From positions 22,806 through 86,805 of the forward strand of contig CAZVGS010000004.1 of the NCBI GenBank assembly GCA_964627245.1: a stretch of DNA of 64,000 nucleotides, given 5' to 3'. The DNA comes from an uncultured Gammaproteobacteria bacterium. Its GTDB lineage: Bacteria > Patescibacteriota > Microgenomatia > Levybacterales > GWA1-39-11. Positions 30,667 through 38,258 of this stretch are shown piece by piece. A program made the translations under genes and the position numbers. The notes under the pieces were generated by a model. That model saw only the letters and a program-made list of their open reading frames with translations. It had not been told where the DNA came from and searched no databases. Position 1 is the stretch's first letter, and each line of letters begins with the position of its first letter.

Positions 30667-31887
30667 ATGACAAATTTCAAAAAACAAATCGTTTCAGCAG
30701 CAGCAGCAGGAGCTATGCTTCTTAATGTAGCAGTTCCAGCGTTCGCTTCTACTGAAATCGTAATTTCAGGAAATGGTGCAGATTCTTCTAACTGGTCAAC
30801 AGTTAGCCAATCAAACACCAATTCCGTTACACAAAATAACTCAGCAAACGTTACCAATAATGTAGACGCAGATGCATCAACTGGTGGCAATGACGCTAAC
30901 TTCAATACTGGAGGAGACGTTAATGTTGACACTGGAGATGCGACAACTGACGTTAAGGTTGCCAATGCTCTTAATAGCAATTCTGCAGATGTAGATTGCT
31001 GTGGAGCAGGTAATACTGACGTTGAAATTTCCGGAAACGGAGCAGATTCTGTAAATGGAGTTTCCGTTGGATCTTCCAACACAACTTCTGTTTCTCAGAA
31101 CAATAAAGCAAACGTCAAAAACAATATTGATACGGATGCTAAGACTGGTTACAACGATGCAAATTCCAATACTGGAGGAGACGTTACTGTCAATACCGGA
31201 ATTGCAAAAGCTAGCGCTACTGTTGCTACAATAGCTAACGTTAACTCAGCAAAAGTTGGAGGAGGACTTGGTTTATCTAACCCTTCTGCAAAATTTGTAA
31301 TCTCAGGAAATGGAGCAAATTCAAATAACTCCATTCAAGCAGGACTCACAAATGTTACCGCCGTAGAGCAAGATAACAGTGCTCATGTTAAGAATAACGT
31401 TGATGCAGATGCATCAACTGGTGGTAATGACGCTAACTTTAACACCGGAGGAGAAGTAACTATCGACACCGGAGATGCGACAACTGATGTTGACGTTGCT
31501 AACGCCGTTAACTTCAACCACGCAGATGTTGATTGCGGGTGTCTTATGGATGTCCTTGCAAAAGTCGCCGGAAACGGAGCTGATACAAAAAACATCATTA
31601 CTTTAGGTCTTGCTAATGTGCAATCAATGGCACAGGACAACGGAGCTTGCCTATACAACGATGTAGATGGAGAAGCAAAGACCGGTGATAATGACGCGAA
31701 CTCCAACACTGGAGAAGCTGATACTGATCCAACTGTTAACACCGGAAACGCTACATCAAATACTGATGTAGAAAATGAAGGTAATGTTAATAATGTTGGT
31801 GGACTTTTCAGCATGCCTGAAATGCCTGATGTCGATTTCGACTTCAGTTTTGCATTTCTTTGGGCTTGGTTTGGAATGTCAGTTTAA
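30667..31887 (+). CDS. Secreted protein with four ~88-aa N/G/T-rich repeats (putative major fibre subunit)
   Basis: Strong SD AAAGGAGGTGA before ATG 30667; signal peptide ending AFA; repeat ISGNGAxSxN..QxNxA..TGxNDANxNTG..TGxA; aromatic C-terminus. Confidence 0.85.
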   Translation: MTNFKKQIVSAAAAGAMLLNVAVPAFASTEIVISGNGADSSNWSTVSQSNTNSVTQNNSANVTNNVDADASTGGNDANFNTGGDVNVDTGDATTDVKVANALNSNSADVDCCGAGNTDVEISGNGADSVNGVSVGSSNTTSVSQNNKANVKNNIDTDAKTGYNDANSNTGGDVTVNTGIAKASATVATIANVNSAKVGGGLGLSNPSAKFVISGNGANSNNSIQAGLTNVTAVEQDNSAHVKNNVDADASTGGNDANFNTGGEVTIDTGDATTDVDVANAVNFNHADVDCGCLMDVLAKVAGNGADTKNIITLGLANVQSMAQDNGACLYNDVDGEAKTGDNDANSNTGEADTDPTVNTGNATSNTDVENEGNVNNVGGLFSMPEMPDVDFDFSFAFLWAWFGMSV

Positions 31888-31942
31888 TTTGGTTAATGTA
31901 GGGTGAATTGCTAGCACTTCGGCAGGACACCCTACAACCAAA
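31888..31942 (+). terminator. Long intercistronic stem-loop
   Basis: TTTGGT..TGTAGGGTG / CACCCTACA.ACCAAA; no T-tract on + strand. Confidence 0.6.
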
Positions 31943-32012
31943 ATAGGAATAGATAGAAGATAAAAAATATAGAAAACAATTTAATAATAGGACAATTAAA
32001 AAATAAATAATT

Positions 32013-34229
32013 ATGAATATTGGACAACTCAAAAAATTAATAGCTTCATTTTTGATATTGGTACTATTAACTGGAAAATTGGTTTTAATCCCAGTTGCGG
32101 TATATGCGGAGGATGCGCCAACGCCTCCTGAAAATACAATGGTTGCGCCAACCGCGCCAACCGCGCCAACGCCTCCTGAAAATACAATGGTTGCGCCAAC
32201 CGCGCCAACCGCGCCAACGCCTCCTGAAAATACAATGGTTGCGCCAAACGCGCCAACCGCGCCGGAAGCACCAACTGGGCCAAACTCTTCCGAAGAACAG
32301 GCAATCCAATCAGCAGTAAATGAGCAGCCTCAAGAGGGAGGTAGTGGATCAGGAAATGTTGGAGATACAGCTATTAATACTGGAGATGGTAACAATAGCG
32401 GTTACATTAACAACACTGGAAACAACAATTTAGCAACCGGTTTTTGCCCAACATGCGCCGGAAGTGCAACTGTTGCAAATACAGGTAACGGAGCAGGATC
32501 AACAAATAATGGTTCAGCAACCACAACTACAAACAATAATCTTGGGCAGGGAAACAGCGCAGTTGTTGCAAACGACCTTAATCAAGCAACAGTAACAGGT
32601 GGAAATAACGCTTCATATAATGTAGGCAACTCATCTATAACAACCGGGGATGCAAATGTAACAGGAACAATCATTAACTCTATTAATACCAACGTTGATG
32701 GTGTAATGGTCAGTGAATTTAACATCGCAGATGATCATACTGGGGATATAATTTTAGACTTTGCTGCAAATTGTGTACAAGGCTGTAACGGACAAAGCAT
32801 TGCTAATAACACTGGAAATGGAGATGGATCAACAAATACTGCAGCAACCGACACAACGACTAATAACACTACAAATCAAACAAATGATGCTAATGTTTCA
32901 AATGGCATGACACTTGTTGCTAACTCCGGAGATAATGACTCAAGCTTTAATACAGGTGGCAACTCATCTATAACAACCGGGGATGCTAATGTGTCAGCAA
33001 ATGCTGTTACTCTTGCAAATAACAACTTTGCCGGAGACGTAATATACGGAGTAGTAAATATATTTGGAGATTTAATTGGAGACATAATACTTACTCAAGA
33101 GATGATGGATACTATCTGCGGAGGAACATGCACAGGATCAACAACTGCTATCAACTCTGATAATGGTGCAAATTCCACAAATACTGCTAACGCAACGAAT
33201 ACTACAAACAATAACACTTTCCAATCAAATGATGCGGATATCAGTAACCTTTTGACAGTTGATGCAACAACCGGAGGTAATAACACAAGCTATAACACAG
33301 GTGGAAACTCAAGCATGACGACTGGTGATGCAAATGTGGATGTAAATGTACTTAATATTGCCAATATGAACCTTGCAGGCGGCACATACTGGTTAGTACT
33401 TGTGAATGAGGCAGGAAACTGGATCGGGAAGATAATGGGTGGGCAAGAAGGTTCAAATGTCGCAGGATCTTCTCTAATGGAATTTCTTATCGACCCAATA
33501 ACCGGTGCAGTAACTGCTATGACAAGCGGAAACGGCAACAATTCAACCAATACTTCAACAGCAAACAACACTACCAATAACACAATTAACCAAACAAATA
33601 ACGCAGTTATCAACAACAACTTGAATCTCACAGCAAATACAGGTGGAAATGATGCAAATTACAATACGGGTGGTAACTCAAACATCGTAACAGGGGATGC
33701 TAACATAGTTGCAAATATAGTTAATTTTGTTAACAACAATATAGTAGGTGACGGAAAATTGGTTGTCACGGTTATCAATGTATTCGGAAGCTGGTTTGGG
33801 GACTTTATTGGACCGGGACAGACGAAGACTGCTTCGACTGCACATGAGTCAAATAACCAACAGCAAGTTGCCGTAAATACTAATAACTCTAATAGCAATC
33901 CAAACAATTCTTTCTCAACTGTTGCAGGAGCAGCAGGGTCAGCACAAGTAGAGAGTCAGGTCAGCGGTACGGTTGGGGCTGCAAAAAGCAAAGCTTTTGC
34001 ATTTGGTAATGTTCAAGGATCAAATACATCTAATAAGACCAATTCTGAAGCTACTGTTGCAAAAAGCGTAGGGCAAGACGGTTCTGCGGCAGTAGCTGAT
34101 AAAAAACTGACTATAAATCTAGCATGGTTATTACTTGCACTTCCTTTAACAGGGTTTGCACTTCTGATTAAAAAATCATTTGTACCTGTCCAAAGACTCG
34201 CGATTCGGGGAATAAATATCTTCTTATGA
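32013..34229 (+). CDS. Large N/G/T-repeat surface protein with N-terminal Pro-rich repeats and C-terminal TM
   Basis: Signal peptide; multiple NTGGN..TGDANV units; CxxC/CxxxC motifs; TM followed by KK. Confidence 0.85.
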   Translation: MNIGQLKKLIASFLILVLLTGKLVLIPVAVYAEDAPTPPENTMVAPTAPTAPTPPENTMVAPTAPTAPTPPENTMVAPNAPTAPEAPTGPNSSEEQAIQSAVNEQPQEGGSGSGNVGDTAINTGDGNNSGYINNTGNNNLATGFCPTCAGSATVANTGNGAGSTNNGSATTTTNNNLGQGNSAVVANDLNQATVTGGNNASYNVGNSSITTGDANVTGTIINSINTNVDGVMVSEFNIADDHTGDIILDFAANCVQGCNGQSIANNTGNGDGSTNTAATDTTTNNTTNQTNDANVSNGMTLVANSGDNDSSFNTGGNSSITTGDANVSANAVTLANNNFAGDVIYGVVNIFGDLIGDIILTQEMMDTICGGTCTGSTTAINSDNGANSTNTANATNTTNNNTFQSNDADISNLLTVDATTGGNNTSYNTGGNSSMTTGDANVDVNVLNIANMNLAGGTYWLVLVNEAGNWIGKIMGGQEGSNVAGSSLMEFLIDPITGAVTAMTSGNGNNSTNTSTANNTTNNTINQTNNAVINNNLNLTANTGGNDANYNTGGNSNIVTGDANIVANIVNFVNNNIVGDGKLVVTVINVFGSWFGDFIGPGQTKTASTAHESNNQQQVAVNTNNSNSNPNNSFSTVAGAAGSAQVESQVSGTVGAAKSKAFAFGNVQGSNTSNKTNSEATVAKSVGQDGSAAVADKKLTINLAWLLLALPLTGFALLIKKSFVPVQRLAIRGINIFL
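32115..32263 (+). repeat. Three near-identical 48-bp tandem repeats encoding APTPPENTMVAPTAPT
   Basis: Units start at 32115, 32163 and 32211; nested 9-bp GCGCCAACC. Confidence 0.95.
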
Positions 34230-35341
34230 TGAAAAAGGCTGCACTTTTTGTGGCCTGCCTAATCCTAAATTTAGCATTTGTTTCAAAGGCGCAAGCAGAA
34301 CAGATAGTTATAGAAGTAACCAACAACGGGGGCAGTTCTTCTAATGAAGTTAATACAGTTCAGCAATCAACAACTCAAGTTAACCAAAGCAATGAGGAAA
34401 ATATAGAAAATAACGTTGATAATAACGCAAATACAGGTAATAACGACGCCTCTTCGAATATGGGTGGGAACGCAAATATCAATACCGGAGACATTAATTT
34501 AACAACAAATGTTAGTAATGAGAATATTAACTCAAATAGCGTTACTATTGACACCTGCTGCAATCAAGGGAGTCAGATAAGGGTGAGTGGAAATGGGGAA
34601 AATTCAACTAATGTTATTTCTGCTAATAATTACAACACAGCATCATCATTCCAAAAAAATTCGACAAATATCTCAAATAACATAAATATTTATGCTAATA
34701 CTGGATACAATAAAGCTTCGTATAACGGTGGAGATACATCTATTGTAACGGGAAATATAAAGGCTAATACGGCTGTCATCAACAAAAATATTAATAATAG
34801 TTTTGCATCAATCGATAGTTTTGTGGGTAGCGCAATTATCAAAATATCCGGGAATGGAGCAGGTTCTGAGAATGTTGTCTATCTTGGTCAAAGTAACTCG
34901 GCAAATTCTGAAGTAGTAAATATTGCAAACATCATAAATAACATTGATCAAATTCTAAATACTGGAGGAAATGAAGCACTAAAAAATATAGGCGACGTTG
35001 CAGTTATTACAGGAGATATTGAAAGCAATATAACTGTCGAAAATGAAAATATCAACAGCAGTATTGCTGATATAGATTGTGCCTGTGATGACCCGGAGGA
35101 TCCACCTACGCCTCCAACTCCGCCGGTTTTGCCAACAAATCCATCGATAACACCTGATGTATCTTACGTTCAACCATCTTCAGGGAATTCTGATGGGGGA
35201 TCCTCAGCCGGCAGTACGCTTCCTGCCACTGGAACCACAATTCCATACACTTTGATTGCAACACTTATTCTATTTTTTCTTCTCCTTTCAGGACTGTATC
35301 TGCGCTTCCATTTAGCAAATGCACCACCTGCACGAGTTTAG
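34226..35341 (+). CDS. Three-repeat N/G/T protein with LPXTG sorting signal
   Basis: Signal peptide ending AQA; three repeats; Pro-rich linker; LPATG + TM + RFH..RV. Confidence 0.85.
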   Translation: MMKKAALFVACLILNLAFVSKAQAEQIVIEVTNNGGSSSNEVNTVQQSTTQVNQSNEENIENNVDNNANTGNNDASSNMGGNANINTGDINLTTNVSNENINSNSVTIDTCCNQGSQIRVSGNGENSTNVISANNYNTASSFQKNSTNISNNINIYANTGYNKASYNGGDTSIVTGNIKANTAVINKNINNSFASIDSFVGSAIIKISGNGAGSENVVYLGQSNSANSEVVNIANIINNIDQILNTGGNEALKNIGDVAVITGDIESNITVENENINSSIADIDCACDDPEDPPTPPTPPVLPTNPSITPDVSYVQPSSGNSDGGSSAGSTLPATGTTIPYTLIATLILFFLLLSGLYLRFHLANAPPARV

Positions 35342-35345
35342 TTTT

Positions 35346-35385
35346 CAAACCGCAAAAACCCCGAAAGGGGTTTTTTGATGGTTTG
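35346..35385 (+). terminator. Intrinsic (potentially bidirectional) terminator
   Basis: AAAAACCCC-GAAA-GGGGTTTTTT within outer CAAACC/GGTTTG. Confidence 0.85.
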
Positions 35386-35395
35386 GATAACTTAT

Positions 35396-35413
35396 CCTGA
35401 GCATGCCGAAGGG
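35396..35413 (+). repeat. REP-like 18-mer, copy 1
   Basis: CCTGAGCATGCCGAAGGG matches the reverse complement of 36807-36824 at 16/18. Confidence 0.6.
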
Positions 35414-35447
35414 TTGATTTATCCACATTTTTTGGTAGTATCGCAAC

Positions 35448-36005
35448 ATGAGTAAAAAAATACAAAAAAGAATTGGGGAAGCAATGATAACAACTGCCAT
35501 TTTAGGCTTAACTTCTATTTATTATCCATATGTAAAAGAATTATTATTTCCAGCAGTCTATACCGTTGAAGAAAAGAGAAGCGTTGAGTTTTCCATAGAA
35601 ATCCCGTCATTAAATGTTTTCTCGAAAGTTATTGAGAGGGTTGATGCATTTAATAAAGATATTTATATAGAGGAACTCAAGAAAGGTGTTGCGCATGCAA
35701 AGAATTCAAAGCTTCCTGGGGAGGGTGGAACTGTGTACCTTTTTGCACATTCATCAGATGTTCCATGGAGAATAACGCGCTACAATACTGCCTTTTTCAA
35801 GCTTGAGAATGTAAAAAATGGGGATAAAATTTTGATAAACAGAAATGGAGAAAAGTTTGAGTACGAAGTGTTTGATAAAAAAGTTGTCTGGCCTAATGAA
35901 GTAGAGTATCTAAAAGAGGATCAGGGGGATATTTTGATACTTCAGACCTGTACGCCTATTGGAACGGACCTGCAGAGGCTTTTGGTTATTGCAAAACCCA
36001 CCTAA
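35448..36005 (+). CDS. Sortase
   Basis: N-terminal TM; GVAH, LFAHS (His), LQTCTP (Cys) and RLLV (Arg) catalytic motifs. Confidence 0.92.
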   Translation: MSKKIQKRIGEAMITTAILGLTSIYYPYVKELLFPAVYTVEEKRSVEFSIEIPSLNVFSKVIERVDAFNKDIYIEELKKGVAHAKNSKLPGEGGTVYLFAHSSDVPWRITRYNTAFFKLENVKNGDKILINRNGEKFEYEVFDKKVVWPNEVEYLKEDQGDILILQTCTPIGTDLQRLLVIAKPT

Positions 36006-36087
36006 GAATTAAGTATTAAGAATTTATTTCTTATATACTAACTTTTAAAACCTTTAGTGGTGGTTGTAATCAATACTATGGATTACA

Positions 36088-36117
36088 ATAACCCCCCTCG
36101 GGCAAGGAGGGGGTTAT
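36088..36117. terminator. GC-rich hairpin between convergent genes
   Basis: ATAACCCCCCTC...GAGGGGGTTAT; adjacent TTGTAATC/GATTACAA hairpin. Confidence 0.65.
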
Positions 36118-36140
36118 GCGTTTCAATCGAATTGAAACAT

Positions 36141-36734
36141 TTAGTTAGTGTTAGTAGATCCACCAACTTCTACTCCAACTGCATTACTTGCGTCTCCAGT
36201 TGTTATGGAGTTGTTTCCGCCTGAATTGAAGCTAGAGCTGTTTCCTCCGGTACTTGAGCTTGTACTTACCCAAGTGTTGACCACGCTGGTGTTATTTTGA
36301 GTTACGGAATTTGAATTCCACTCAAAAATTCCAACATGATTGGAGCTTCCTGGTCCATTTCCGGAAATAGTCACGTCGTTTGAAGAGCCGGATTCACAAC
36401 CGCAATCATTTGAATTGGTGTTGGTTCCTCCGGTTACAGATACGCCGACTACATTTGAAGCACTGCCGGTCATGATGGTATTTGTGCCACCCATGTTAAA
36501 GCTTGACGAATTGTATCCGGTTTTAGCCTTTGCATTTACTCCGGTATTTACAACAGTTGTATTATTTTGAGTAACACTTTTTTTGGCCACAGTTGTTACA
36601 TGTGCTTTATTCCAGGACCATGCGCTGTTATTTTTTATTGTTACAGTGTTTGCAGCAAATGATGCCGGTGCTACCACTGACGCCATCATCGCTCCGATTG
36701 CAAGACCTGATGTTATTTTTTGCTTTATATTCAT
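36141..36734 (-). CDS. Secreted two-repeat N/G/T/S protein, paralogue of the 30667 protein, with no anchor
   Basis: SD AAAGGGGGTGA; signal peptide ending SFA; two repeats separated by DCGC. Confidence 0.85.
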   Translation of the reverse strand: MNIKQKITSGLAIGAMMASVVAPASFAANTVTIKNNSAWSWNKAHVTTVAKKSVTQNNTTVVNTGVNAKAKTGYNSSSFNMGGTNTIMTGSASNVVGVSVTGGTNTNSNDCGCESGSSNDVTISGNGPGSSNHVGIFEWNSNSVTQNNTSVVNTWVSTSSSTGGNSSSFNSGGNNSITTGDASNAVGVEVGGSTNTN

Positions 36735-36796
36735 TTATTTCACCCCCTTTCAATTGAAATCTGCCTGCCAAATTTCTTTTGGAATTAGTATCACCG

Positions 36797-36829
36797 CACA
36801 AAAAAACCCTTCGACAAGCTCAGGGTTTA
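36797..36829 (-). terminator. Leader terminator containing REP-like 18-mer copy 2
   Basis: Minus strand AAACCCT-GAGCTTGTCGA-AGGGTTTTTTTGT, about 60 nt upstream of the ATG. Confidence 0.6.
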
Positions 36830-37059
36830 TAAGTGTTTGTAAGTTGTTACTAACATAGGCAGTTCAAAAGTATTTATTGCCTCATCTGGCTTACGCTCAT
36901 AATCGGCAGTTCAAAAAAACAACGGAATTAATTCTGTGGGGGCAAGAAACCATGTTCATTATATGATTTGCATTGCCAGACCTGTCAAGACTAACAATCT
37001 ATATACAATTGTTTGTTAAGATATCATACGAAAGAAGTAAGAGATTTAGCCTATATTCC

Positions 37060-37130
37060 TTGACTTCTAAGGCTAATTTCTGCTAAAATAGATAGCAATG
37101 GTGGAAGCAAGACTTGCCACCATTTTTTGT
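37060..37130 (+). promoter_or_regulatory. nusA promoter with leader hairpin and T-tract
   Basis: TTGACT-N18-TAAAAT with extended TG; ATGGTGGAAG-CAAGA-CTTGCCACCAT-TTTTTGT. Confidence 0.7.
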
Positions 37131-37133
37131 ACA

Positions 37134-38171
37134 ATGCCGGCAATACAAAGAAGCGAGTTTGCTCTCGCACTTAACCAAATAGCTCAGGAAAGGGCTGTTG
37201 ATCCCGAAATTATTCTTGAGAGTATAAAGTCTGCGATTTTAGCAGCTTATAAAAAAGACCATGTCGCACCTCATGTAGAGGAAGTAAGTGAGGAAGAGGC
37301 TGAAAAAGAAGCCGAAAAATATGGCGCAGAGATAAATCCGAATACCGGTGAGACAAAGATTGTATACGACGGGAAAGATGTAACTCCTCCCGGGTTTGGC
37401 CGGATAGCAACCCAAACAGCCAAGCAGGTATTACTCCAAAAAATACGGGAACGCGAAAAAGATGCGATCATGGCCGAATACACCAAAAGAATAGGGACGG
37501 TTGTAAATGGTATGATACTGCGTTTTGCAGGGAGTGCAATAGTAGTTGATATTGGAAAAGCTGAAGCAATTATTCCCCAAAATCATAGAATTCAGAATGA
37601 AAATTATTATCTGAATAAAAAAATCGCTGTCTACATTGTTGAAATTGCAGATGATGAAAAGCGTGGCCGGGAAATAATTGTATCAAGAACCCACAATGGA
37701 CTTTTAGAAGGACTTTTCAGAAGGGAAGTACCGGAAGTTGCATCTGGCAGTGTTGTTATTAAGGAAATAATGCGTGAGCCGGGGTCAAGAGCAAAGATTG
37801 CTGTTACCTCTGATCAGTCAGGCATAGATCCTGTCGGTTCATGTGTAGGACAAAAAGGAGTAAGGATCCAGGCAGTAATTGATGCTGTAGACGGACTTGA
37901 AAAAATTGATGTAATCCAATGGAGCGGAGACCCGGTCCGTTATATAACAAACGCTTTGTCTCCGGCAAAAAATCTTACTATCGAAATAAAAGAAAAGGAC
38001 AAGGTGGCTGTAGTCAAAGCCCCTAAGGAAGAACTACCGTTAATAATTGGAAAAGAAGGACAAAATGTAAGGCTTGCGTCAAAGCTTACTGGATACAGTA
38101 TAGATGTTGAAGGAATTGAAACGCCTGTCGAGGAGGCAAAAGCTTCACCTGACAAAAAAAATGAAGCTTAA
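37134..38171 (+). CDS. nusA: Transcription termination/antitermination factor NusA
   Basis: FGRIATQTAKQ, IIVSRT, REPGSRAK, VGSCVG and IGKEGQNVRLA motifs; start ATG 37134. Confidence 0.96.
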   Translation: MPAIQRSEFALALNQIAQERAVDPEIILESIKSAILAAYKKDHVAPHVEEVSEEEAEKEAEKYGAEINPNTGETKIVYDGKDVTPPGFGRIATQTAKQVLLQKIREREKDAIMAEYTKRIGTVVNGMILRFAGSAIVVDIGKAEAIIPQNHRIQNENYYLNKKIAVYIVEIADDEKRGREIIVSRTHNGLLEGLFRREVPEVASGSVVIKEIMREPGSRAKIAVTSDQSGIDPVGSCVGQKGVRIQAVIDAVDGLEKIDVIQWSGDPVRYITNALSPAKNLTIEIKEKDKVAVVKAPKEELPLIIGKEGQNVRLASKLTGYSIDVEGIETPVEEAKASPDKKNEA

Positions 38172-38258
38172 ATTTTTAATTTTTAATTTTGAATTTTTAT
38201 TGAAAATTACAAATTTTGAATTTGACATTAGTAGAATGTTAAGCACCAAACAAAATAT

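Noticed and set aside
32115-32263. Possible CRISPR array
   Set aside because: Head-to-tail in-frame repeats with no unique spacers, and no cas genes in the window.
30642-33907. Long antisense ORFs over the repeat genes and other shadow ORFs in the track
   Set aside because: Explained by codon bias of the sense genes; no independent motifs or start signals.
34135-34160. LPLTG in the 738-aa protein as a second sortase signal
   Set aside because: It lies inside the hydrophobic helix with only ~5 apolar residues before KK, which is not canonical LPXTG-TM-basic geometry.
36897-36953. 18-codon upstream ORF (MVSCPHRINSVVFLNCRL) in the minus-strand leader
   Set aside because: It starts only 4 nt after the -10 box and has no supporting signal; likely chance.
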